Notes under the pieces: model-generated
Told to the model about the DNA's origin: nothing
Seen by the model: only the letters and a program-made list of their open reading frames with translations
Databases searched by the model: none
From: a virus
Taxonomy: Duplodnaviria > Caudoviricetes
Direction: 5' to 3' (one strand)
DNA length: 64,000 nt
Virus record (IMG/VR): IMGVR_UViG_2519899649_000001
Span: 1-64,000 of that record
Position numbers and translations under genes: made by a program
Part shown: piece by piece, positions 28,059 to 37,846 of the stretch
How positions within the stretch are numbered: the first letter of the stretch is position 1
Layout of the letters: every line of letters begins with the position of its first letter

Positions 28059-28739
28059 ATGGCGACATACCCCAAAGGCGTCAAGACCTTCGAGCCCAAG
28101 AAGGACTACGTCGATGACGTGCTGGCCGCGCACGTCAACCTCCTGCAAGACGAGATCCGGGCGATCCAACAGACGATCGGTATCGAGCCGACGCTGCTGG
28201 GGCCCAAGGTCAACCCGTCACGTGACCCACGGCCGACCGGCGGCACCCGCACCTACAAGGACATCCGCGACAGGTTGAGGGGCCTGACGTGGAACGAGGA
28301 ACGACCGGCGATCGTCACCAGCATCAAGCCCCAGTGGGTGCGCTCCAACCCCTACCTGGTGGACGACTGGCCACTGAAGGTGACCAACTTCAGCGCGCCG
28401 ATGGGCGGGTTCGACAAGGGCGGTCGCGGCATCTTGATCCCTGAGAGCGGGCTATGGCTGCTGACGGGTTATGTGTACTGGTACCCCACCTCGCGGACGG
28501 TCGGACACCGGCTGCTCAAGATCACCCGCGCCGACCCCAAGACCGGCCGTCACATGTACGAGCTGACGTGCGACGCGGGCCTGCCGCACCTGCGTAAGTC
28601 CCGCGGTGTCCGTCAGAGCGTGGCGTGCGTGCTGCCGCTGAACAAGGGGTGGCTGATCCGCGCGCTGGTGTCCCAGCACTCGGGCCGCCGCATGCAGATC
28701 AGGGGCAATCTTTCCGCGGTCTGGCTCCGAAAGAAGTGA
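28059..28739 (+). CDS. Putative baseplate/fibre-associated protein
   Basis: MATYPKGVKTF...HVNLLQDEIRAIQ N-terminus; beta-rich C-terminus. Confidence 0.55.
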   Translation: MATYPKGVKTFEPKKDYVDDVLAAHVNLLQDEIRAIQQTIGIEPTLLGPKVNPSRDPRPTGGTRTYKDIRDRLRGLTWNEERPAIVTSIKPQWVRSNPYLVDDWPLKVTNFSAPMGGFDKGGRGILIPESGLWLLTGYVYWYPTSRTVGHRLLKITRADPKTGRHMYELTCDAGLPHLRKSRGVRQSVACVLPLNKGWLIRALVSQHSGRRMQIRGNLSAVWLRKK

Positions 28740-28752
28740 AAGGGGGGAGGGC

Positions 28753-30873
28753 ATGGCGACTTACGCACTCGACTACTACGGGCTGACGAAATACGGGCAG
28801 CGCCGCGTCGTGGACTACTCGGTGCAGCCGTTCGTGGTCACCCAGACCGACTACGAACACCTGGCGATCTCCTGGACGCTGCCGGTCGCTGACTGGGAGC
28901 GGCTGCGTCTGGTCAGGTCGGTCGCCGGATACCCTGCGGGCCCCGGTGACGGTCAGGTCATCATCGACGCCACCCCCGACGAGCCGCAGACCGCCACCAG
29001 CGACACCACCATCACCCCCGGCGGCTACCAGTACTACGCCATCTTCGTGCTGGACCCGGTCGACAAGCGCTGGCAACGCGCGGGCGGCGCGAGCGTGCTG
29101 GTCGTCGCCGACAAGGACTCGCACAACTGGCTGCTCGAACGCGTGCCCATCTGGCACCGGTACCTGGGCGGCGAGCTGACCACGCTGCTCACCCAACCCG
29201 AGAACGAAGACCTCAAGAAGTTCCTGGCGATGTTCGCCGCCGGAGTCGACCACCTGCGCTCGATGCACGAGCCGCTGCTGCGCCTCAACGACATCGGCTT
29301 CACCCACCACCGCAACCTCATCAACGCCGCGCTCCAACTGGGCTGTTACGCCGATCCGCGCGACTCGGCCACCCTGCTGCGCCGCCGTCTGATGGCCTAC
29401 TCCCACGTGATCCGCGAGAAGGGGACCGTGGAGGGGCTGCGGCACTGGATTCGCATCATGACCGGCTGGGACATCTCCGTCCGCGTGACCGGCAACCTGA
29501 TGCTGACCATGGACGAGTCGTCGTTCGTGCACCCGCAGTACGAGATGTGGTCGCCGCTGGTCTACTACCCCAAGGGCACCCGCGTACAGCACGACCAAGG
29601 GGTGGGCGCCTGGTACGAGGCCAAGCGCGACGCCTACGGCTGCGCTGACATCCCCGACCCCACCAAGGACACCGACGCCTGGAAACGCCTGGGCGACACC
29701 CTGGCCGCTGACCCCACCGTGCGCAACAAGCTCACCGGCGGCCCGTTCACCTGGGAAGTGATCGTTGTCGGGGTATCCAAGGACACGGGGGACTGGTGGG
29801 AGGTCCAGTACAGCCCGCAGGGCCCAGGCTCTACCGCCGCGACGCGTCCGGATCTTGGTGGCTTTGAGACCGCTAATCTGTTGAACGTCCGGAACAAGGA
29901 CACCGCTTCCCGCTCAGTCGTCCTCAAGTCGGTCTCTCGACGGTTCAAGGACCCCGCCGCCCCCGCCTCTGGCCGCGAACCATCGCTCGACCCGATGCAG
30001 GTCATCGCCGACGGCGTCCCCCTTCCGCGCGCTACCCAGCCCTGGCTACCCAGCCGCGAATACCAGGTGGGGGAGCTGGTGGAATGGAACCGCCGCGTGT
30101 ACCAGGCGGTACGCCGCAGCCAGGGCGTCATCCCCGACCGGGCGGGCTCGACCTCCTGGTGGACACAAGCCTCACGCGCTGATGACCGCCTGGCCATCAC
30201 CATCGCCGGATATCTGCGTCATGCGACCGGCGGCGCGCTTCCGGTCAAGGTCGGCGTGGCCTGGTTCGACGAGCACGGCGAACCGATCGGTATGCCCGCC
30301 AACGCCACGTGGACCCCTGCCGCCGCCAGCACCGCCCTGTTCGACTCCTTCACCAGCGACTCCCCGGCCACCGGCCGCCGTCCGGTCGAGGTCGGGGCCG
30401 CCACCTGGAAGGACGTCAAGGGCGCGTTCACCACCACCATGGGGGCATTGCCACCCGGGTCGGTGATCCCCAGCGGGGGAGTCTGGCACCCGGTCGATAT
30501 GGGAGCGCCTTCGGTCAGCGTCGTCGACACCGGACTGAACGGCGCCGAGAACCTGCGCGTCGCCGCCACCATCCGCACGACCAACCCCAGCGCAGACACC
30601 GCAGCGCCGCAGGCGATCGTCGCCCGCTACGACACCACCAACAACTCCCACATCCGCGCCACGCGCACCGCCCTTGAACAGGTGGCCGCCGACGGCAAGG
30701 TGACCCAGCTGGGCACCTACGGCGGCAAGGTCGTGCGCGACGGGGACCGGCTGATGGTGGAGCTCACCGGCTCCACCACGGCCACGGTCTACATCAACGG
30801 GACCAAGGTGCTCACGGTGCCCGGCGTGACCCTCAATCCCAAAAACGGCAACGTGGGGGTGTCCTACCGATGA
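28753..30873 (+). CDS. Baseplate wedge/tail protein I-like with CBM5/12-like repeats
   Basis: REKGTVEGL tail-I motif; WSPLVYYPKGTRVQH and WLPSREYQVGELVEWNRRVYQA chitin-binding-like modules. Confidence 0.7.
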   Translation: MATYALDYYGLTKYGQRRVVDYSVQPFVVTQTDYEHLAISWTLPVADWERLRLVRSVAGYPAGPGDGQVIIDATPDEPQTATSDTTITPGGYQYYAIFVLDPVDKRWQRAGGASVLVVADKDSHNWLLERVPIWHRYLGGELTTLLTQPENEDLKKFLAMFAAGVDHLRSMHEPLLRLNDIGFTHHRNLINAALQLGCYADPRDSATLLRRRLMAYSHVIREKGTVEGLRHWIRIMTGWDISVRVTGNLMLTMDESSFVHPQYEMWSPLVYYPKGTRVQHDQGVGAWYEAKRDAYGCADIPDPTKDTDAWKRLGDTLAADPTVRNKLTGGPFTWEVIVVGVSKDTGDWWEVQYSPQGPGSTAATRPDLGGFETANLLNVRNKDTASRSVVLKSVSRRFKDPAAPASGREPSLDPMQVIADGVPLPRATQPWLPSREYQVGELVEWNRRVYQAVRRSQGVIPDRAGSTSWWTQASRADDRLAITIAGYLRHATGGALPVKVGVAWFDEHGEPIGMPANATWTPAAASTALFDSFTSDSPATGRRPVEVGAATWKDVKGAFTTTMGALPPGSVIPSGGVWHPVDMGAPSVSVVDTGLNGAENLRVAATIRTTNPSADTAAPQAIVARYDTTNNSHIRATRTALEQVAADGKVTQLGTYGGKVVRDGDRLMVELTGSTTATVYINGTKVLTVPGVTLNPKNGNVGVSYR

Positions 30874-33143
30874 GCGCGACCGCCAAGGACCTGACCCGAA
30901 ACTGGGTGCTGAACCCAAGCTTCGAGGCAGGGATCGACGGGACCGCTGCCGGCGATGCCCGCCTGGTGCAGCTCTCCGCAGGAGCCGAAACCGATCCGGT
31001 CCCGCCGATCGGCGGCGTCGAGCAGGGCGAGACCACCCTGCAAGTGATGCTCCCCGCCACCGGCCAAGCCCCGCCCGTACAGGGGTGGGTCAGCCCGACG
31101 GCCCGGGTCAGCGCCACCTCCGCCGACGGCATCACCGCCTCGCTGTACCTGCGCGGCAAGACCGATGCTCTGCCGGTGTCGATTCGGCTCTACCGGATCG
31201 GCCAGGTCGAACCCCTGGCAGAGATCAGCCCCACCCTTACCCGCGACTGGCAGCGCCACCACCTCACTCACCCCGAACCGGTGGACGCGGGCACGGAGGT
31301 GTTCGTCGTCGTCCACGCCGCACCGGCCATCGACACCTTCATCCAGATCGACTGCTGGCAGGTGGAGTCGGGCGAGCTGTCGGCATATGTCGACGGCGAC
31401 CAGTACGGCGCGGTGTGGGAGGGCGAACCCAACGCCTCCACCTCGGTCCGCGACAACCGGCACCTGCCGGTCGAGGCATACGCCGACATCACCTGCGCCG
31501 ACATGATCTGCCGCGACGTCGCCGACCCAGCGACCGGGGAGATCACCACCGTGTGCACCGGCCGGGTGGCGGCGGCGATCGTGCCGCAGCAGGCACTGGC
31601 CATGTCGGCGTCGGCATGGGGGCGCTGCGACGGGAACGCCGGCCTGGCCGTGGCGGTCCCCGAGATCAGCTTCGATGACTTCGCCGCCTGGGCACCCACC
31701 GACTCCGACCCCGCCATGACCTACGCCGTGGCGGTGGGCACCAACAACAAGACCGGCGTCAAAGACGGGAAGTTCGAGCGTCCCTGGACCACGCTGGTGG
31801 CTCCCGGCGACTACCTGGTGCGCGGCGACCGGCCCGGGGAGACCAAGCCGTTGTGGAAGCGCGCCGCCTACGCGCAGGTGGCTTTCCAGATCGACAACGT
31901 TCCCGCCGACGGCCTGATCCAGCTGGACGGGGTGTCGGTCGACATTCAGACCGCCGCCCAACCCAGCCCGCCGCCGTACACCGCGCCCCGCAAACACATC
32001 ATCACCCTGCTCCCGGCCCGGCTGAACCTGATCCCCAACCCCTCCTTCGAGGTGTCGACCAAGCACTGGCGGCCGTCAGGTGTCGCGAAGCTGACGCAGA
32101 GCGCCAGCATCCCCGACCCGATCACTCCCACCGAAGCCGAGAAAGAGAACCTCACGCCTGAGGAGATCGCCGAGCTGGCCCGCAACACCATCGGGCCGAA
32201 GTTCGGGACCTCGTTCGGGGCGCTCACCTTCACCGGACTGGGCCAGGCCAGCGCGGCGATCAACGTCACCGGCACCGAACCGGGCGACCTGTACTCGCTG
32301 TCGGGCTACGTCTACCTCAAGCCGCCGGTCACCAACCTCCAGGTCACCATGGCCGGATTCGACCAGGTCGGGATGGTGGAGATCGAGGGAGCCCTGAACT
32401 ACCCGTACGGCACCGGCCAATACGGCGACACCCCCTACGGCGGCGGGACCAACGAGATCCCCTACCCAGACGAGGACGACACGGTCGTCCCCTACGGGGG
32501 CTGCCCCCACACCTTCGGGTCCCGCGCCGAAGCCGCTTGGCGCGGGCCACGTTCGACGTATGCCGACTCGTCGTGGGGTGTGGACGTACAGCCCGCTGAC
32601 GACACCGGCGACATCACCATGCGCTACAACCGTCGCGGCCATACCAGTTGGCACGCCGCGTCCGAGACTCCGCCCAGCGTGGTACGCCCGCACACCCTCG
32701 ACTGCGTCCCCTACGGGGGAGGCGAGGACAGCCCCTACCCGCAGCACCGGTGGGCGCGGTTCTGGGTGACTGGCCGCGCTATCGCCCGCACCGGAACCAT
32801 CACGATCTCGGCCAATGGCGACGACGGGGGAGTGCTGGCGATCGACGGGGTGTTGCTGGAGACCGGCACGATCTTGCAGCCCTACTTCGACGGCGACGGC
32901 TTCCAGCCGCCGGTCCCCGACGCCGACCCCACCTACGAGTCCAACCCGACCGACTACCGGTGGGAGTACGTCGGCGGCAAGTACGCCCGCGGCGAGAGCC
33001 GCAGCTTCTTTTATCCCGGTTTGGGCAGCAGGCGCGTTGACAAAGCCGGGGGATCAGTCCAAGGCGTAAGGGAGATCATTCTTGAGTACTTGCCCTTTGC
33101 TCTTCCCGTCGAGGTAGATCGAATCACCACCTTGCCCAAATAA
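30870..33143 (+). CDS. Tail fibre/receptor-binding protein with carbohydrate-binding (CBM4/9-like) domains
   Basis: Two N(W/L)(V/I)xNPSFE starts, YVDGD and YFDGD motifs; last gene of the tail module. Confidence 0.65.
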   Translation: MSATAKDLTRNWVLNPSFEAGIDGTAAGDARLVQLSAGAETDPVPPIGGVEQGETTLQVMLPATGQAPPVQGWVSPTARVSATSADGITASLYLRGKTDALPVSIRLYRIGQVEPLAEISPTLTRDWQRHHLTHPEPVDAGTEVFVVVHAAPAIDTFIQIDCWQVESGELSAYVDGDQYGAVWEGEPNASTSVRDNRHLPVEAYADITCADMICRDVADPATGEITTVCTGRVAAAIVPQQALAMSASAWGRCDGNAGLAVAVPEISFDDFAAWAPTDSDPAMTYAVAVGTNNKTGVKDGKFERPWTTLVAPGDYLVRGDRPGETKPLWKRAAYAQVAFQIDNVPADGLIQLDGVSVDIQTAAQPSPPPYTAPRKHIITLLPARLNLIPNPSFEVSTKHWRPSGVAKLTQSASIPDPITPTEAEKENLTPEEIAELARNTIGPKFGTSFGALTFTGLGQASAAINVTGTEPGDLYSLSGYVYLKPPVTNLQVTMAGFDQVGMVEIEGALNYPYGTGQYGDTPYGGGTNEIPYPDEDDTVVPYGGCPHTFGSRAEAAWRGPRSTYADSSWGVDVQPADDTGDITMRYNRRGHTSWHAASETPPSVVRPHTLDCVPYGGGEDSPYPQHRWARFWVTGRAIARTGTITISANGDDGGVLAIDGVLLETGTILQPYFDGDGFQPPVPDADPTYESNPTDYRWEYVGGKYARGESRSFFYPGLGSRRVDKAGGSVQGVREIILEYLPFALPVEVDRITTLPK

Positions 33144-33273
33144 GGGGAGATCGTTAAGGGTTTGACGAAGATCATTAGTCAAGCAAAGAAGATCGTTGAC
33201 AAAGGCGTGCGCGTGCCCTGCGTCTTCCGGGATCTCCTTCCCCGTATAACCCCGGCATGCAAAAAATGATCTT
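33072..33273. repeat. RAGATCRTT repeat array (operator/iteron-like)
   Basis: Copies at 33072, 33147, 33168 and 33189 (21-bp period for the last three) and an inverted copy at 33265-33273, in an AT-richer intergenic region. Confidence 0.65.
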
Positions 33274-34027
33274 GATCGCGGGCACCGCCGAGGTGAACAC
33301 TCGCTACCTGCACGACGTGCTGACCGACCTGGCCGACGGTGGCCCGGCGCACCTTCTGCTGGCGGTCCTGCCCGACCAGGCCGGCCGCGCCCTGGCCACC
33401 GTCAACGAGGCCGCAGGCTGGGCCGTCAAGAACGACGTCCAGCTCCAGCTCATCCACCCCGCAGGGCAGCCGCTGACGGGCCTGCCCACCTCAGCCGAGC
33501 TGGTGCAGGCCGAGGACGTGGTCGAGGAGGTGCTGACCCAGCTGGACGTCTTCGCCAGCCGTCACCCCGAGCACGTCATCCACGCGCTGGCCGCCTTCGA
33601 CGAGAGCCACGACCCCACCGGGGACCTGGTCTACACCCTGCTGGAACAGGGCCACGGCGTGCGTAGCCTCACCGACGGCCTGGACGACTTCAGGCTGGAG
33701 CACGACCCCAACGAATCGACGCCCGACGAACCGGTGGAACGCGTCACCGCCGACCACGCGATCCCCGCCGCCCGCCAGGCGCCGGTGCCCACAGCCCTGG
33801 CGGGCGTACTTGCCGGCGAAACCCTGGCCAACATCCACGAAGGCATCAAGGAAGCCATCCGCATCATCGAGACACTCGGTGCCTGGGCCAACGAGCTGGA
33901 CGCCGCGGTCGGCCACTACAAGGCCGCCGCCGAGCGCACCGAACCGAGTAAGGGCGAGCCCAAGCGGGCTGCCGTCGAGGAAAAGGTTCCGGCTGCGCCA
34001 CTGTCTGATGACGTCCCGCCTTTCTAA
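33257..34027 (+). CDS. Hypothetical protein
   Basis: 256 aa ORF with strong GC3 bias; first gene of the replication block. Confidence 0.65.
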   Translation: MQKMILIAGTAEVNTRYLHDVLTDLADGGPAHLLLAVLPDQAGRALATVNEAAGWAVKNDVQLQLIHPAGQPLTGLPTSAELVQAEDVVEEVLTQLDVFASRHPEHVIHALAAFDESHDPTGDLVYTLLEQGHGVRSLTDGLDDFRLEHDPNESTPDEPVERVTADHAIPAARQAPVPTALAGVLAGETLANIHEGIKEAIRIIETLGAWANELDAAVGHYKAAAERTEPSKGEPKRAAVEEKVPAAPLSDDVPPF

Positions 34028-34886
34028 AGCGCAGGCGACAGTGGCGCGGGTCCTGCAAATACAGCCTGGTGCCACGCTCAAAGAAGTCATGCAAGCAACC
34101 GATATGCCCCAAACAACCGCTCTCCGCGCGCTCCGGAAAGTCGCGGTGAGAGATATCGGCGGAGGATGGGTGATAACACCCCAAGGTGACCGCAAGGCTG
34201 CGATGGGACCAGTTACTAGTCCCGAATCCGATTCGGAGCGACACCAGTTGATAGACGAGGCGAATCCCAACCCCGATTTTGACACCCAGCCGTGCTCGGC
34301 GCAGATTTCTTCTGTGCTTGTCGGTCCTCCACCGCAGGTGGAGGACGTTAAGAACCTCTTCGGTAGTACGACTACGTCGTCCTACCTCAGACCGGGCCAG
34401 GGCCCGGAACCGGAGGGCACGCCTGACATGAAACACCCACGCGGACTCCCAGACCCCGACGCGGCGCTCGATCCGATGAACGTCGTCGAGATCTCCGGGG
34501 CGCTTGCCGAGCACCCCGCGGCCCAGTCCGCAGGACGGCACTCCCGCCGCCGTTCACCGGGCTACAACCTGGCCGAGAAGTTCGCCCAGGCCCTGCCCGA
34601 CTGCAACCTGTACATGTCCAAGCCCGAGACCATCAAGCTCGCCTCCGCGCTCAACGCCTGGATCAACGGAGGCATCGCCGAGCACGAGATCAGCGCGATG
34701 ATCGACCGCTACCTGGCCGACCCGGGCCTGCGCCGCCCCGAACGCGGAGCACGCATGGACCTGCTGTCGCAGCGCGACAAGCTGCTGGCCATCGTGCGCC
34801 GCCCCACCGCCCAGACCGGCGACACCTGGGCATGGGACCAGCCCACCGGTTCCAGCAACAGCAACCCCGGATGGGAGTGGGAATGA
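34008..34886 (+). CDS. Putative replication initiator with N-terminal HTH
   Basis: GATLKEVMQATDMPQTTALRAL winged-HTH-like segment; low-GC S/T-rich linker; directly coupled to a DnaC-like ATPase. Confidence 0.55.
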   Translation: MTSRLSKAQATVARVLQIQPGATLKEVMQATDMPQTTALRALRKVAVRDIGGGWVITPQGDRKAAMGPVTSPESDSERHQLIDEANPNPDFDTQPCSAQISSVLVGPPPQVEDVKNLFGSTTTSSYLRPGQGPEPEGTPDMKHPRGLPDPDAALDPMNVVEISGALAEHPAAQSAGRHSRRRSPGYNLAEKFAQALPDCNLYMSKPETIKLASALNAWINGGIAEHEISAMIDRYLADPGLRRPERGARMDLLSQRDKLLAIVRRPTAQTGDTWAWDQPTGSSNSNPGWEWE

Positions 34887-35533
34887 GCGCCGTCACCGAC
34901 CTGAGGGTGCGCACCAGAAGCGAAGCCGACCTGCGCCGCATGCGCGCCAGTGACACCGTTCGCAAGAAGTACGGCGTTCCCCGGCACCTGTGGGGCCACC
35001 GCCTGAGCCACTACGTAGCCCGCGACGCCGACCAGCGCAACGCCGCCGACATCCTGCTACAGCACTTGCGCGAGTGGGGCAGCCGCAACGGCTCAGCACG
35101 TGGGGTCCTGCTGGCCGGACCCCACGGCACCGGCAAGTCCCACCTGGCCTGCGCGGCGCTCTACGAGCTGGCCTACCAGTCCCGGGAGAAGCAGCTGTGC
35201 CGCTTCGTCTCCGCGCACGACTACGTGGCCGCCAAACAAACCATCCTCGGAAGATTCGATACCGATGTTTCCGAACGTATCAGCGAGTACCAGGACGCCG
35301 ACCTGCTGGTGCTGGACCAGCTGGGAGGCGAACACCGCACCGCCACCGGCTACGCCGAGAGCACCCTGTACCAGCTGGTGTCGGATCGCTACAACGACGG
35401 CCGCCCCACAGTCGTCACCACCTGGCTGGGCAAACGTCAGCTGACCGAGATCCACCCGGCGCTGATGAACCTGCTGGAGCGCGAGGCCGCCACGCTGGTG
35501 CCGATGACCGGAGGCACCGATGCAAGGGGGTGA
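34883..35533 (+). CDS. DnaC/IstB-like helicase loader ATPase
   Basis: GVLLAGPHGTGKSHLA, LLVLDQLGGE, LVSDRYNDGRPTVVTT. Confidence 0.85.
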   Translation: MSAVTDLRVRTRSEADLRRMRASDTVRKKYGVPRHLWGHRLSHYVARDADQRNAADILLQHLREWGSRNGSARGVLLAGPHGTGKSHLACAALYELAYQSREKQLCRFVSAHDYVAAKQTILGRFDTDVSERISEYQDADLLVLDQLGGEHRTATGYAESTLYQLVSDRYNDGRPTVVTTWLGKRQLTEIHPALMNLLEREAATLVPMTGGTDARG

Positions 35534-35960
35534 CATCTCCAACGAGATCGTCCCCCGCATCCATCTGGTGTTCGAGGGACTGGTGGGGTTGCCGCCCAAG
35601 CGCACCACCCACCGCTGGTGGCGTGGCCTGGGCTGCCGCTCGTTCACCGACCCGCGCAGGTGGGAGATCAACCCGGCCGCCACCAAAGTGATCTGGCACC
35701 TGTGGGGCCACGACTGGGGCGTAGACGTGGTCACCCACCTGCTGGACGCCGAAGCGCTGGCCGAACGCCTGTCAGACCTGCCGATCGGCCAGGTGTACGC
35801 CACCACACCGAGTCAGCACGGCCGCGAGCTGTCGTGCCAGCCGCACGTAGTGGCCGTACTCGATCCCGAACCGGGCAGGCAGTTTTCCTACCCAGCCGGT
35901 CGAGGCGTGGTCGTCGACCCCGACAATCCCGCCGCCAGCCTGGCCGCACTTGGCTTGTAA
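35520..35960 (+). CDS. Degenerate HAD-like hypothetical protein
   Basis: LVFEGLVG resembles HAD motif I without the Asp residues; VVAVLDP. Confidence 0.45.
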   Translation: MQGGDISNEIVPRIHLVFEGLVGLPPKRTTHRWWRGLGCRSFTDPRRWEINPAATKVIWHLWGHDWGVDVVTHLLDAEALAERLSDLPIGQVYATTPSQHGRELSCQPHVVAVLDPEPGRQFSYPAGRGVVVDPDNPAASLAALGL

Positions 35961-35993
35961 CCAGGCCACCGCGCAGACACAAGGAGATCCCTC

Positions 35994-37562
35994 ATGAGCT
36001 GGTCGCAGTACCTGCTGGCGCGCGACAACATCCGCACCGGCTTCGCCCTGGAGGAGATCCTTGGCCTGCTGGAGGACGTACGTCCCAGTGGGCAGGGCTG
36101 GATGGCGCGCTGCCCTGCCCACGACGACGGCAAAGCCTCCCTGTCGATCAAAGAAGGCGACACCCAGCCGGTCGTGCTCTACTGCCACACCGGCTGCACC
36201 CCACGCAGCATCCTCGAAGCGCTCGGCCTGAGTTTCGGTGCCGTGTGCGACCGCGCGGCGGCCGACTACATCTACACCGACGAGCTGGGCGCCGGCCTGT
36301 TCATGAAGCGCCGCAAGCCCGGCAAGGACTTCACGATCCTGCACTACACCGAGGGTGGCCTTGCCCCGGGTCTCGGCGATGCCCGCAAGGTGCTGTACAA
36401 CCTGCCTCAGGTGCGCCGCGCTGTCGCCGCGGGCGAGACCGTGTACATCGTCGAAGGCGAGAAGGACGTCGAGTCCGCCCGCAAGATGGGCCAGGTCGCC
36501 ACGACAAACCACGAGGGTGCCAGCAAGGACAGCCAGTCCACCAAGTGGCTGCCCGAGTACACCCAACAGCTCGCTGGTGTCCACGCGGTCATCATCGCCG
36601 ACCACGACGAAGCAGGGCTCGCCCACGCCCGCGCCGTCTACAAGGCCCTCAAACCGGTCGCAGCCTCCCTCAAGGTCGTACGGGGCCGCGCCACCGGTAA
36701 GGGCGCCGACCTGACCGACCACCTGGAAGCGGGCTACGGCTTCGACCAGCTCAAAGAGATCTCGGTCGAGCCACACCTGAACTGGTCCAGCTTCCTGGCC
36801 ACCGACTTCGGCGAGGTTCCTTGGCTGGCCGGACGCCTCATGGCCAAAGGCGAACACGTCGCGCTGGTCGGCGACGCCAAGGCCGGCAAGTCGCTGTTCT
36901 CCCAGGAGTGGGCCTGGCGCATGGCCGCGGGCCTGCCGTTTCTGGGCTGGGACAAGACCGAGCCGGTGCGCGTGGCCTACCTGGACAAGGAGAACGGCCT
37001 GCGCGTCATCCAGGAACGCTTCCACGCCTTCGGCGCCGAACCTGGCCAGCTGGAGAACCTGCTGTACGTCCCGTTCCCCGAGATATCTCCGCTCAACTCG
37101 GCAGCAGGCGGAGCCCAGATGGTCGACCTGGTCCTGGAGTACGGGGCCCAGGTGGTGTTCATCGACACCGTCAGCCGCTTCGTCCAAGGCAAAGAGAACG
37201 AATCGAGCACCTGGCACGGCCTCTACACCTGCACACTCATGCCGCTCAAGAGCGAAGGGATCGCCACGGTCCGCCTGGACCACTTCGGCAAGGACCGTGG
37301 CCAGGGCGCACGAGGCCACTCCTCCAAGAGCGACGACGTCGATCACGTGTGGGAGCTGCGCGCCGACGGGGACCTGCTCAAACTGATCCGCACCCACACC
37401 CGCACTGGCCACGGCCCCGACGAGTTCATGATCCTGCGCCACGGCACCCGCACCGCCGAGGGGCACTGGGAGCGCGGCCAGACCCGGCACGTGGTGGCCG
37501 CCGACTGGACCGGCACCGTCTGGGAGGACGACGAGGAACTCCAGGGTGCCCCCGGATATTGA
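35994..37562 (+). CDS. Primase-helicase (Zn finger + TOPRIM + AAA_25/RepA-like helicase)
   Basis: CPAHDD...CHTGC, IVEGEKDV, IIADHDEAG, LVGDAKAGKS, VFIDTVSR, LDHFGKD. Confidence 0.9.
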   Translation: MSWSQYLLARDNIRTGFALEEILGLLEDVRPSGQGWMARCPAHDDGKASLSIKEGDTQPVVLYCHTGCTPRSILEALGLSFGAVCDRAAADYIYTDELGAGLFMKRRKPGKDFTILHYTEGGLAPGLGDARKVLYNLPQVRRAVAAGETVYIVEGEKDVESARKMGQVATTNHEGASKDSQSTKWLPEYTQQLAGVHAVIIADHDEAGLAHARAVYKALKPVAASLKVVRGRATGKGADLTDHLEAGYGFDQLKEISVEPHLNWSSFLATDFGEVPWLAGRLMAKGEHVALVGDAKAGKSLFSQEWAWRMAAGLPFLGWDKTEPVRVAYLDKENGLRVIQERFHAFGAEPGQLENLLYVPFPEISPLNSAAGGAQMVDLVLEYGAQVVFIDTVSRFVQGKENESSTWHGLYTCTLMPLKSEGIATVRLDHFGKDRGQGARGHSSKSDDVDHVWELRADGDLLKLIRTHTRTGHGPDEFMILRHGTRTAEGHWERGQTRHVVAADWTGTVWEDDEELQGAPGY

Positions 37563-37616
37563 ACGTCAAGCCATTCAAAACCGATCCGATGATTTCGGCC
37601 AGGTCGCCCCGGCTTG

Positions 37617-37789
37617 AATAGCAACACGAGTCGGACAATGTGAAGCGACCGCACTTTGAAAGTTCCGAAGGAGCACTTTGGTCGGTGGGCCCGCCCGCCG
37701 CCATTGCGTAAATCGGGCCACGCCAGTGGTCAAGAATTAATGCCGCCCGATATGTCCGTTACCCCAGGGGTACCTTAATAGCAACTCGA
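37617..37789 (+). promoter_or_regulatory. Intergenic region with two AATAGCAAC(A/T)CGA motifs
   Basis: Copies at 37617-37629 and 37777-37789 in a 285-bp low-GC gap before the DNA metabolism operon. Confidence 0.5.
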
Positions 37790-37846
37790 CGTGCCGGAAA
37801 CCGGACGACGAGTTTCTACCTCGGGTACTCAAACAAGGGGACAGCC

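Noticed and set aside
14248-33143. Possible extracellular contractile injection system (Afp/PVC-like)
   Set aside because: Terminase, portal, scaffold, capsid, neck and replication genes are linked, so it is a myovirus tail
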